Source: Folioceros fuciformis
Taxonomy: Eukaryota
Direction: 5' to 3'
Length of the DNA: 44,189 bases
NCBI GenBank assembly: GCA_049999805.1
Contig: JBNGIO010005967.1
Location: 65,362 to 109,550 of the forward strand
Each line of letters starts with the position of its first letter. The first letter of the stretch is position 1. Below, piece after piece: positions 21,226 through 32,580 of this stretch. The notes below the pieces were generated by a model. It worked only from the letters and a program-made list of their open reading frames with translations, was not told the origin of the DNA and searched no databases. The translations under genes and the position numbers were made by a program.

Positions 21226-23634
21226 ATGGCTGCCACTGCACACTCCCAGTTTGCTGGATCGTTGTCGGGCGGATCTGCATTCGGAGCTCGGAAAATGTCA
21301 CAGTGTCCTTCGTCCTGTGCAATGGCCGTCCCGCTGTCGTCTGATTTTGTGGGGCTTCAGACCATGCATGCTTCCCAGACCCACATGTTTGTGCGGGGTG
21401 TGCAGTCGTTGAAGGGATCGGTGAGCTTCGCATGCAAGCAGCGGAGCAGTGCCGTGCTTCAGGCTGTTGCTTCTGCCAATGGCACGGGGGCGGGGTCATC
21501 GTTTGGCCTGCCTATCGACTTGCGAGGTAGGTGGCCGGTGTCCTGGTGAGTGTTTGAATTTGCAATTTGCTCAGAAGAGCTGGATTGACTCCCCCGCTCT
21601 CTTGTCTGCAGGTAAAAGGGCCTTCATTGCAGGTGTTGCGGATGATCAAGGATTTGGGTGGGCAATTGCGAAGGCTCTGGCCACAGCTGGAGCTGAAATT
21701 CTTGTGGGAACTTGGGTGCCGGTACGTGTTCCCGAGGCTTTCTTTTGTCCTGTCTCATGAGATGCAGCTCACATCGATCCGCCTTGACATTCGTAGCACG
21801 CTCCTGTTGCAGACTTTGAATATCTTCGAGAGCAGCCTTCGGCGTGGGAAGTTTGATGAGTCAAGGGTGTAAGCTTGTTTCTCTGCCGATTGCGAGTTAG
21901 AAAAAGCTCGTACAGCTGAGGCTGCTTCACAAGGTACTGAGGTGGTGTTGCTGTAATCGTGGGCTTGTCATTCAGGCTGCCTGATGGATCCTTGTTGGAG
22001 ATCGCAAAAGTTTATCCTCTGGACGCGGTTTACGACACACCTGAAGATGTCCCTGACGACGTATGTACAATTGCCCACTACTGGATCTGGCAGATAGCTT
22101 TACAGATGAGGCTGCAGCTTCTAGTGGTGCAGCCAGACTCCTCTCATGTTGTTTTATGATGAATTGCATGTGCGTTCGCAATGGGCTCAGGTGAAAAGCA
22201 ACAAAAGATATGCTGGAGCGACAGGTTGGACAGTACAGGTGAGGGACCTTTATTCCATGACCAGCGTCTGCTGCTATATTTGGGTTAGGCGGGAGCTACA
22301 CTCTCGTCTTCAAATGTCCGACAGGAAGTAGCTGCAAGCATAAGAAGAGATTACGGCTCACTCGACGTTCTGGTGCACTCACTAGCAAATGGACCTGAGG
22401 TGACTTACTTTTCATATATTTACTATCCTTCCATGGTTTAGCTCTAAACGGTTTGGGCAAACATGAGAGCTGGTGCTGGTGAGTGTCAGGTGACAAAACC
22501 CCTGCTAGAAACCTCAAGAAAGGGCTACTTAGCTGCGATTTCAGCATCAACATATTCCTACGTTTCCTTGCTGAAGCACTTCGCACCCTTAATCAACTCA
22601 GGTATGTAATATGGGACAGCTACGTAGAGACTGCACCGAGTGAAGTATAGCTGCTAAGGTACATCTCACGCAATTGCATCTCATGCGTTCAATGCAGGCG
22701 GATCCGCACTTTCTCTGACATACCTTGCCTCCGAGAAGATCATACCAGGGTAAACTTCAGAAACTGACAGTGAGAGTGTGCAGTCTTAAGGTTAGAGTGT
22801 ATTTTGCAATTGGAAAACATTGCCACGCCACGAGCTTCCTGAATCGAATAGCACAAGAGGGTTCTATTAAGATGGCAGCCGTCCCCACGAAAATGATTGC
22901 TCTGGATTTTTGGGGGTCTTGCTGTTGGAAACCAATCCGAGACTTCTGGTCATGTTCTGCGCGAACAGGTACGGTGGAGGAATGAGTTCGGCAAAGGCTG
23001 CTCTCGAGTCTGATACCAGAGTACGTTTACAAAGATCTTCCATTCCAGATGCTGACGATGACCCTAAACCCTGTTGGGCATTCTTCTGAAAATCCTGGCA
23101 TGGATCCCTTTTCAGGTACTTGCCTTTGAAGTGGGAAGGAAACGTAACATTCGAGTCAACACTATCTCAGCAGGTACTTTACATCTCTGGAGCCACTACA
23201 TATGTGGCATTGGTATCTATGCCCTGGGAGGATGTTAAAAGCATCTCTGCGCCTCTGTGTCTTTTAGGCCCACTGAGAAGCAGAGCAGCAAAAGCAATTG
23301 GTTTTATCGATGACATGATAAACTACTCCACAGCAAACGCTCCACTCCAGAAAGAGCTTGAAGCAGGTGCGTGGCCCAAATCTGTGGGTGGAAACTGAGA
23401 TTCCTTCAATCTCGTCCACGCGTAAATTATGCAACTAATCGTCCTGGCCAACGTTTTATTGCAGAGGATGTTGGGAACACTGCAGCTTTCTTGTCGTCGT
23501 CGTTGGCTTCGGCCATTACTGGAAGTGTCGTGTACGTCGACAACGGTCTCCACTCAATGGGGGTAGCAGTCGACAGTCCCAGTGTTTCTAAGGTTGCACC
23601 TGCTCCGTCTGACAGAACTGGCGCTCTGGCTTAG
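21226..23634 (+). CDS. ENR: Enoyl-[acyl-carrier-protein] reductase (NADH), plastid FabI/MOD1-type (405 aa, 12 exons)
   Basis: Exons 21226-21526, 21612-21721, 21813-21868, 21976-22060, 22191-22238, 22325-22399, 22490-22601, 22698-22749, 22969-23020, 23116-23173, 23268-23366, 23465-23634 (1218 nt). Motifs [77 protein letters not shown]; transit peptide. Confidence 0.96.
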
Positions 23635-24022
23635 TATGACGGTTCTTGGCGACGACACCACTTTCACCGGAAAATGTCCTTATTACCAATTACAAAATCT
23701 CATGTCCCGGCATGCCGGTTGACGGGTTCACCCCGTGTTACAAGAAATATTCTGCAGTTTCAGAGTTTGCAAAGTTGGAAGTATAGTATAATATTGCCGG
23801 ACGTTCACATCACGGTCGTGCAATTGTCCATCTTTAGAGGTGCTTTGGCTGATTTGGAGTTTCAACTATGGAAAAGTACCCTGAAAAGGCATCTGATTTG
23901 TATCGAAGTATTCAAACCTTAAACAGGGAAAGTCGTGATTCTGTACCCTTCTCGCTTGTCTTGAAAGCCTCACAGCTGTATTGTCGCGGTCCTATAACAT
24001 AAAGGTTATCACTAAGCCAGCA

Positions 24023-27000
24023 TCACAGTGCCTTCTGTGCCATGTAAAGTCTGTCCAAATGCTTTGTAACAGCATGGGACCGAAAGAACTCATCCGGGCA
24101 ACTACTTGGATCACGTATCTCCTGGTCACTATTGTCAGCAATGCCTTCAGACCCAAAGAGATTCCTCGATACCCATTCCTTGTCACAAGCCCTTCTGCGG
24201 ATTTCGGACTCCACTGTATCTGCCGCAATCAGATGATAGGCAACCACCTTCTTCTCTTGCCCGACGCGGAAAGCCCGGCTCACGGCTTGGCGGGTGACGC
24301 TCGGATTGTAATCCGGTTCCAGCAGTATAATCCTGGACGCTCCAGTAAGGTTCACACCTTCTCCGCAAGCCTTGATAGAGGCCAGAAGAACCCTCGAAGG
24401 GTGCTTCTTGTCGTTAAATTTCTTAATTGTGTCATTCCTCAGGGTGTCTTTCCCATCAACAGACAGAACTTTGTCTCCCAAAACCCAGTTCCAGTGCGTT
24501 TGAAGAACCTCCTGTATGTAATTCAAAGGTTCGAGCAGCCTGCTGAAAACAATGAGCTTTTCTCCTGCCTTGTCGCAAAGATTCAGTATCTGCATAACGA
24601 AGTCAACTTTCACACCCTTGCTTGGAGACGAGCGTGTTCCGTCGAGATGAGGAAAGTCCTCCCGGTACTCACTCGGGCAGAGACAGGGATGAAAAATCAC
24701 TAGTCTTGTGTGCGCAGTATTCTTAAGCAGCTGATTACCATATCTTAACCGCACTTTTTCCACGAGTTTTGCCTGCAGAGGCTGCAGCTTGAGATGAACC
24801 ACGAATTCGGACAGTCCTGGAAGAGACTTCAGGGCAGCCCCTTCATGACAGTCCACAAAAGGAGTCAGATTCCGAATTGTTTGTATACTCAGATCTCTAG
24901 CGTGACTATCTGCAGTTCTGTTGATGGATTTACACTTCGCCTCCCAAAAACTCTCGCTCATAGTTTCCCTTTGCTTTCCCCACTTGTCTACCATTGCCTG
25001 GGTTATCCTGCCAATGTTGCGCTGTCTGTCATTCTCCTGCTCCTGCTCCAGTGCCATCCTCTTTCGCATGAACTCTGGGTCATTTCCCAGGAAGTCTGGC
25101 TTCACGAAACTGAGCATCTGGTACAACTCCTCGAAGTTATTCTGAAATAAAGTACCACTCAGGATCACCCTGTTGCTTGTCTTAACCTTCTTCAAGGCTT
25201 GAAGGGCATTAGTCCTTTTCGTGCGTACAAAATGTCCTTCATCCAGGATAACCACATCCGGAGTACCCACAATGATATCCCGAAGTTCATCATGTTGTTT
25301 CCCCTCCTTGAGAATGATCCGGCTAACGATGTTGTAGCTAACCATCAGTACACTTTTCTCTTCCTTCCATTGATGAAGAATCTCTCTACGACGTTCTTCC
25401 ACATCGTGCGTCTCGGTGGACTTGTCATATATAGTCAGGATGTTGATATCCCTGACTTTCCATCTCTGAAACTCATCCTTCCAGGGTTCTACCATCACTT
25501 TTGGAGCTACAATCAGCACCTTCTTGGTCGGATAAGAAGTAAGCAAGCCTTTCACAAAGGCTATCATCAAGAATGTTTTCCCTGTTCCTGGGGCATGCGC
25601 AAAAATACATCCTCCTCGGCCATCCAGAGAATTGACAAGGAATTGAAATCCTTTGACCTGATGCTCCTTCATCTTGGACATAAAATGAGGAGGAATCTTC
25701 ACCTTTAGCTGCTCAATGGGCTTTTCTTCAGGTTGTGACCTGTATGGGCCAATGTCGATGAAAATCTTATCCTCCCCCAGGAAATCCTTATCCTGTTCTT
25801 CGCGTTGTTGTCTTCTTCTGGCCTGCAATCATGAACAAATTGCCTTCAAACAGAGTGACGCACCTTCAAAAAAGATGTGCAAAGGAAGCTCACAGTTGCA
25901 GGACCTGCAAACTTCCAAAAGAATGGGTGAAAGTAGAGCTTACGGCTCGGAGAGGAGCAAAGAACTCGACACTCATTGCAGCTTTCACGTGACCACAGAG
26001 AGAGCAGACCTGCCCGCACTCTGCATTTCGCTCATAGTTGTGTATACATCTGACCGGCTTCTGCTCTAGCTCCGTTTCAATAGGTGCAGGCTGACAACAA
26101 TGCAGGTTTACTGTCATGGACAATTGAACAACGTAGAACTTTGAACTGTTCCCTACCTAAGTGACCATAGAAATGCTTTAAGGAGAGCAAAAGTGCTGTT
26201 ACCTTTCCAAGCTCTTCAGCCAAAGCAGCCTCTCTCCAGAGTTCTGCCATCTCATCTTCCAAGGCCTTAGCCTTGGCCTTGGCTTCCGTGTCTGACATAT
26301 CCGTGCTCTGTAGCATGGGTGACCAGTCCTCGTGGGGAAAATCTGCAGTCTTCCGAACCTTGAGTGGAGACTTAGTTTCGGGTACCAGAGTTGGAGCCTG
26401 GACTCGGATTCGGTGTGGAGTCTTGGGACCCTTGGGTGGAGCTACAGTTCCCACCTGCAAAGTTGAAGCCCGAACTTGGATTCGCTGTGGAGCCTTCGTG
26501 TCCTTGGGTGGAGATGTTGTTTCAGACTCCAAACTTGGAACCTGGCCTGGGATCTGGTGAGGAGACTTGATGCCCTTGGGTGGAGTGGTCGTTTCAGCCT
26601 CCAGACTCGGCACCTGGTCTGGGACCTGGTGAGGGGACTTGAAGCCCTTGGGTGAAATGGTCGTTTCAGCCTCCAAACTTGGAACCTGGCCTGGGATCTG
26701 GTGAGGAGACTGAATGACCTTGGGTGGAGTGGTCGTTTCAGCCTCCAAACTTGGAACCTGGACTCGGACTCTAACCTTTACTCTGCCTCGGGCTGAGGCC
26801 TTCACTTTTGCCAGAATCGTGCCGCTGGCTTCGGTTGTCCCCATTTCAACCTGCAAATCCTTTGCAATAAGAGGCCCGCCCGCCGAACCCTGTGGGCGTT
26901 CCAGAAAGACCTGCGAAATTGGACTGGCTAAGGCTCCCTCTGTGTTGTCATCATGAGCTCCCCAGATTGGCAGACTAGGCTCCAAATCCTCATTACTGAG

Positions 27001-28030
27001 GACCAAAGGTGCATGAGTGCTATTGCCAAACTGCAACGCATCCTCGAATTTTATCTTCCAGTCAACACAACTTTCACCCGGCGTCATGGCCTGCAGAGCA
27101 TTCGAGACTTGCTCGTGGACAGGGACAGCTACAACGTCCATCGAGCTCTTACAAGTACGACTACGCTCCAGAGGCGGCGGGTCCTGAGCACCCACGCTGA
27201 CAGGCCTGCTTGGTGGGTTCATACCGATCGGAGGAATACCTTGAGGCCCATGCATGTGGGATAAGGCCCTCCAGCCCGAAGTGGACAACACAACAGGTGT
27301 AGCTGGGCTCTGAACTTCTAAGATGGAAGTAGGAGAATGTAAGTCTTTCCCAGGTGCATCCACTCTCACATGAGTGCCCGCCGAGGTCATCCCACCATTC
27401 CACACTGAGACCGGTGAATGGTCTACACGACGACGCTGAGAAGCTGGCTGGGATGCCTGATAAGGCCTGGGCAGATACTTTGAAAAAGACAAGGTCAAAC
27501 TCTGGGCACTGAGATAGGAAGGTTCATCTTCATCGTCTAACTCAATGATCTCTGGGGCATTACCCGGCTGCAGGGTTCCAAGGCAAACTTCAGAACTGGT
27601 TACAGAAGACGCGTGAAAGAGCTGCAGCCGCTTACACTCCCGAATTCTGGCCAGTCTTACATTGTGGAAGTAGTCGAAGCCTCCCTGGTGAGCAGGCCTC
27701 TTCCGCCTCAGCCTCTCGGAACCTGCTCAAGCAACCGAGGTCAGCCTCCTCTCCCCCCGCACCCTCCCCCGGCCCCAACAAATCCAAATCAAGGGCCTGA
27801 AAACTGCATGCACCTTCCGTTCTTGGCTCCTGCGGCGTCACCTCCAGATGAGGCTCTTCGTCTTCATCTATCACGATGGGGTTGCTGGCAACCCCAAGAA
27901 CGACTGAAGCAGCCGCCTGCACTGCAGGTGCCGCAGTCCAGGCGTAGCCCGCATGCGGCTGATTTCCAGGCACAGGCAGGTGAGGCTGAGCATATGAGGA
28001 GGAGGAGGAGGATACATCTATGAGCCCCAT
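24023..28030 (-). CDS. CLASSY/DRD1-family SNF2 chromatin remodeller (RdDM), ~1227 aa, 4 exons
   Basis: Predicted exons 28030-27814, 27722-26203, 26090-25944, 25822-24023 (3684 nt, phases consistent). EDEMAELWREAALA then CIHNYERNAECGQVCSLCGHV (CLSY-type Cys motif); GGCIFAHAPGTGKT, LDEGH, LSGTLFQNNF, ASIKACGEGVNLTGASR, QAVSRAFRVGQ all intact. Start codon is the least certain part. Confidence 0.88.
26370..26770 (-). repeat. 72-bp (24-aa) coding tandem repeat, about 5 units, in the CLSY-like N-terminus
   Basis: QVPSLEAETTTPPKxxxSPHQIPG units; anchors at 26522, 26594, 26666 and 26738. Confidence 0.9.
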
Positions 28031-30264
28031 CCAACAGACCGGAAAGGGCAAAAGAAAGCCCAATTCCACAAACTACCTTCCCTTCCCCCCAATCTCCCCC
28101 CCTCTTTCCTATCCCGCAGACAACGGAGAGCAAGACAGCGACAGAAAGCGCACAGCCATATCCACACAGCAGGAGCAAGAAATGCAGTCCCCAGTCCCGG
28201 ACGACCAGCAGCTGTACCGGCGAACAAGAATTGTGTTCCACCAGGAACTGAAACAAGCAACCGAGGCAATCCGGCACACATGCAGAAGGAAGAAACTGGA
28301 GCACAGAAGGGACCCGGCTCTCCGATCAGTCAGGAGCGGAAGCTCTGAGCAGAAATTGCAGTTTAGGCACGCAGCTCGGAGCAGGCACAGCAAGAAGAGC
28401 AAGAGCGAGGAGGCGACACTGGAGCAACGGATAGAGCAGGAGCAGCCCGCCAGAGAACAATGCCAGAGCTAAAGACGCTGCCGCGCAGCCGCAATTGCAG
28501 CAGAGAAGTCACAATGCTTTGGAACTGCTGATGACTTCACTGCTGCTTGCTCGAGTTCTCGGCTGCGGCGGACCTTCACGTCCCAGTTACGCGTTACGCC
28601 GGGAAGGCCCGGCACTGGAGACTGGACGTTCTGTTGGCGAATCGTGATTGGTTAAGTGTGAAGCCGGCATGTCACCCGTTTCCCCACCTGTCCTTCGCTC
28701 CATGCCGGCGAATGATGCGTCTAATTAACGGTTCACATATCGAGTACAGAGTCGTCATGTAGGCTCCAACAGCTCTTGGTGCTCACTTGGCCCTTTCGTT
28801 TCCTTCGTTTGTTCAAATTCTATTGGTGCGAACTTCATTCAGATTTTAAGTTTTTAAATTATAAATTAAATAATCCAACAATAGGCATGCTGTTGCCGGA
28901 GAGCTAAGTCCGTGCTTAGTCTCCTTTTTATATGGAATATTGACACGGACACACAGTGTTTTATTTTTTTATTTATTTTTCTCATTCTATAGTGTCCCTC
29001 TCATATCTACATGGGTTTTAGGGTTTTAGGGTTTCACATCACACATTAAGTATCTATGACCGACGTTTTTTTCTTGTGTCTTTATTACCCCTATGGATGG
29101 ACGTTTTTTTTCCTGTGTCTTTATTACCCCTTTGGATGGATTGGGTGGATAAGAACAATGAACATTGGTTTCTGGTCCATAACTTTCTTTCTTTAAGATG
29201 CCCAAGCTTGGTCACCGTAATATTATTTTTCTCTCTACATCATGTAGAAACTCTCAAACCTTGGTTCACACTTGCAAATTGTCCCACTAAATTGCATTGG
29301 CATTGCAAATTGCCTTGTAGAGTGGGTAAAACTTGTAGATTGTTTGCACAATTGATTGTCGATTTTCTTAGCACACTGTGTTGTAAATGGTCCATACACA
29401 CTGCATTGCACAATACCCTTGTACATTGTCCTACAACTTGCACCATAGATTGCCTTGTAGATTGCCCATTATTGTGGGTGTTGCATTGAATTGAAGATTA
29501 TACGACTCTATAACCTTGCAGACTGAGTGGAATTTGTATGTTGCCCTTGCAAACTCCATTGCGCTTGTAGATTGACCCTGTAGATGGTGTTGAGCGTGAA
29601 GATTGTCCCAACAAATTGCATTGAACTGGCATATTGTCCCTAAATAGTGGGTTGGAGATTGCCCTAGCACCCTACGTATGGCCCATGTAGAGTGCGTTGT
29701 TGATGGTCCATGCGCAGTGCATTGCATGATGTCCTTGTAGAATTGTTATGCAGCTTGCCCCCCATATTGCTTTGCACATTGCAAATTATTGTGGGTGTCA
29801 CTCTCTCATACACCATGGGGTGAGTAGCTGCAGTGAGCGATTAGAGGGTTTGATTTTAGCTTAGGGTGTCATGTAGTTGGGCTTGTATATGGCCTCAAGG
29901 GTTGCAAGAGTAGTGTGTAGGTGCTGAACCTAGTTGTAGATTTTCTTGCAAATAGCAAGTCCATATTGTCTCGCAAATAGTCTTGCACCATGCAATTGTA
30001 AAGAAGAGGTGCAACCTGTAAGTGAGATTGCAGATGCAAGTTGCCTAGAAGGTTGTGGTTGTAGTCCGCCTTGCTATTTGCATTCTAGATTTCACGTTGC
30101 ACATAGCCCTACAGGTTTAGGGTGTGGATCCCCTTGGTATAGGACTTGCAAGGCATTGCGTTGCACATGACTAGATCCAGTGTAGTGCACAAATAGGATG
30201 GAGCCTTTAGAGGTGTAGCTCTAGCCATGGACGGAGGAGGAGGCCACTCTACGAGCGTGGAGTA

Positions 30265-30427
30265 GCATTTGCCTTCTCTAGTCTTTGCAATAGTGTGAAG
30301 TCTTCTTGTAAAGGCCACAGCATTTGCCTTCTCCAGTCTTTGCAATAGTGTGAAGTCTTCCTATAAAGGCCACAGCATTTGCCTTCTCCAGTCTTTGCAA
30401 TAGTGTGAAGTCTTCCTATAAAGGCCA
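30265..30427. repeat. 55-bp tandem repeat x3
   Basis: gcatttgccttctccagtctttgcaatagtgtgaagtcttcctataaaggccaca at 30265, 30320 and 30375. Confidence 0.95.
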
Positions 30428-30470
30428 ATGGCATCTGTGATTTTGCCCGTAATCCATTGTTGGGTCATGT

Positions 30471-30636
30471 TGCCATCATAATCTTGAAATAAAGACTATA
30501 GGGTTCCATTCTCCCTATTTTTCCATAACCAAAAGTGTTGCAACATGAATATTGCCTCATAGTCTTGGAATAAAGACTATAGGGTTCCATTCCCCCAATC
30601 TTTCCATAACCAAAGGTTTTGCAACATGAGTATTGC
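30471..30636. repeat. 80-bp tandem repeat x2
   Basis: taaagactatagggttccat...ttccataaccaaa...ttgcaacatga anchors at 30491 and 30571. Confidence 0.9.
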
Positions 30637-31419
30637 TTCAAGGGAGAATGGACTTGGTCTTCCAAAAGGAGGGGAAAGCAAGGATGGTGACTTGGTTAGC
30701 ATCGTGTGTCCTCGGACCCTAAAAACCATAAGGGGAGCGTGTCAAAATGTGATGTGTTCCATGGTCTGTCAGAAAGGAAAAAAAGTGATGGCCAGATTGG
30801 GATGCCCTGGTAGAGCAACACATTATTAATATGATCATGTCCATTTAGTTAAAAATAGAGGACCGTATGTTACAGAGGGAGATTTGTATGGGTATGATGT
30901 ATTATTATTATTTGGTACATGGTGACTTAGTTTTATTTTATTTTTAATAATATACTATTATATTATATATTTTAATTCTCAAGATAAGTAAAATAGTTCA
31001 TACCAGATTAAAATCATCATGCTCAGTAATGGCATAAGGTGGCATAAGTGAAACAAGGTGAAAGTTAAAAGTAGAAAGGTGAAAGCTAAATCTAGAACTG
31101 TCTTGAAAAAGCAAGTATGCTTCTTACTGCCTTTGGAAACAAATTGTGTGTTCCAGGCAAAACCTCCTAAGAANNNNNNNNNNGCTGCGGAGTGTTTAGA
31201 CGAGATTCGAGGCCGTTGCTTCCTTTTACGCTGCATAAGGAAGGGGGCGTTACTTGCTCTCATATTATGGGCACATGTACAAAAATTTAAAAATTGCTAA
31301 AAATTAATATAAAGGCTGATCCCTACTATGAGGGCGGACTAGAAACAGCTCCCCTATGTGCAGCCATCAGGAATCACATGGTCTGGCTGTTCAGGCTTCA
31401 AGTTTATTTCTGACATGCA

Positions 31420-32580
31420 GGTTTCTCTTTACACAAAGCCTGACATGACACATAATCAAATGAAGCAGAGTTGTTCATCCTTGCACTGGTCACCAGATTT
31501 CTACTCTCGTGATGGGAAATGCGCTCTGTAAAGGTAGTCTGTTGGCCCCATGTTAAGGTCGTCGTTAAGATACAAGTGGATCTCCCAGCTAATCTGGGGT
31601 GCAAGAGCTGTAGCCAATGCACTTGATTGGTGCTCAGCTCTCCTTATGCTGGGATCAGGAGCCACCTGGTTTCACTCAAGGAAACAAGTCATGTCCGATA
31701 AGCGAAGGCTCCTTTGCACTGTGCTCACCCTAAAGACGGTCATCGAATCTTACCGTCCGCTGAACGAAAATAGCAGCACCACCAATCATGACCTCAAGAA
31801 TAGCGTTGTAACCTTGACCCAAGGCTCTGCCAGGGATTCTATCCATTAAAGGCTGAGAAGTAGGATCCAGCCCGGGACCAAGGATTCTGTCCACTAAAGT
31901 CTGAGAAGTAGGATCCGGCTCTGGACCAAGGATTCTGTCCACTGAGGGCTGAGAAATAGGATCCGGCCCTGGACCAAGGATCCTGTCCATTGAGGGCTGA
32001 GGAGTAGGATCTGGCTCCAGTGATTCTGTCTGTCTAGCCTCTGATTGTAGGGCTACAACTTGATTTGCGCTGTCATCAGGAGGTTCACTAGAGTTTGGAT
32101 GAGTAGGCCCGTCTTCAACAAGGGGAATCCCGAACATCATCGAGCCTTGTAGTACACTCCAATCGACGGAAAACGCAGTATCGGCAGCATTACCGTCAAG
32201 AACGTACCGAGAAGGAAAGTACTAACGAGCATCCCTGTGCAGCCGGAAGGAGACCCTGTACAATGTGGGGTGGTAAGAACGATCCGCCTCTGGATGGACA
32301 AGGTTAGGACCACGCAAGTCGACAGGGCCTCCTAGCGAGTTGGTCCAGGTTGGAGACATGCTTTCAGGCCCAAGCAGCTGGGATGAGGTCCTACCGCCCG
32401 AAGAGGACAACGCAACAGGTCCAGCAGGATGTTCATGACTGTACTCTGGACATCCTGTCCCAGGCCTCTTCACTTCAAAGTTGGAAGCAGAGCAATCCGA
32501 TTGTGGGAGCACTGCGTCCTCCGATTACTAACCCTTTACGATGTTGGATAGTCCATGCGACTATTAAGCCAGCCCAGGCA
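31420..32580 (-). pseudogene. Degenerate partial paralogue of the CLSY-like N-terminal exon (copy 2)
   Basis: GPVALSSSGGRTSSQLLGPESMSPTWTNS versus CLSY-like PVVLSTSGWRALSHMHGPQGIPPIGMNPP and copy 3 GPVPLSYPGWRTSSQLLRPHSIPTTCINPP. ORFs 32512-32222 and 32140-31730 share one frame separated by a single TAG. VRFDDRL*GEHS versus IKFEDALQFGNS. Confidence 0.7.
31834..32020 (-). repeat. 48-bp (16-aa) tandem repeat x4 inside copy 2
   Basis: PDPxSQPxxDRILGPx units; anchors at 31834, 31882, 31930 and 31978. Confidence 0.92.

Larger units (their letters stand above)
29010..31300. repeat. AT-rich repetitive, probably TE-derived spacer
   Basis: gggttttagggttttagggttt at ~29013; ~43-bp duplication 29060-29140; degenerate ttgcaaattgcc-type repeats 29270-29790; small N gap at ~31174-31183. 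Confidence 0.5.

Noticed and set aside
23634-24023. Convergent ENR and CLSY-like 3' ends as a natural antisense pair
   Set aside because: A ~390-bp gap is ordinary in a compact genome; transcript overlap cannot be seen from sequence.
29013-29034. Telomere-like TTTTAGGG repeats
   Set aside because: Only 2-3 units inside repetitive spacer; too short to call an interstitial telomere.
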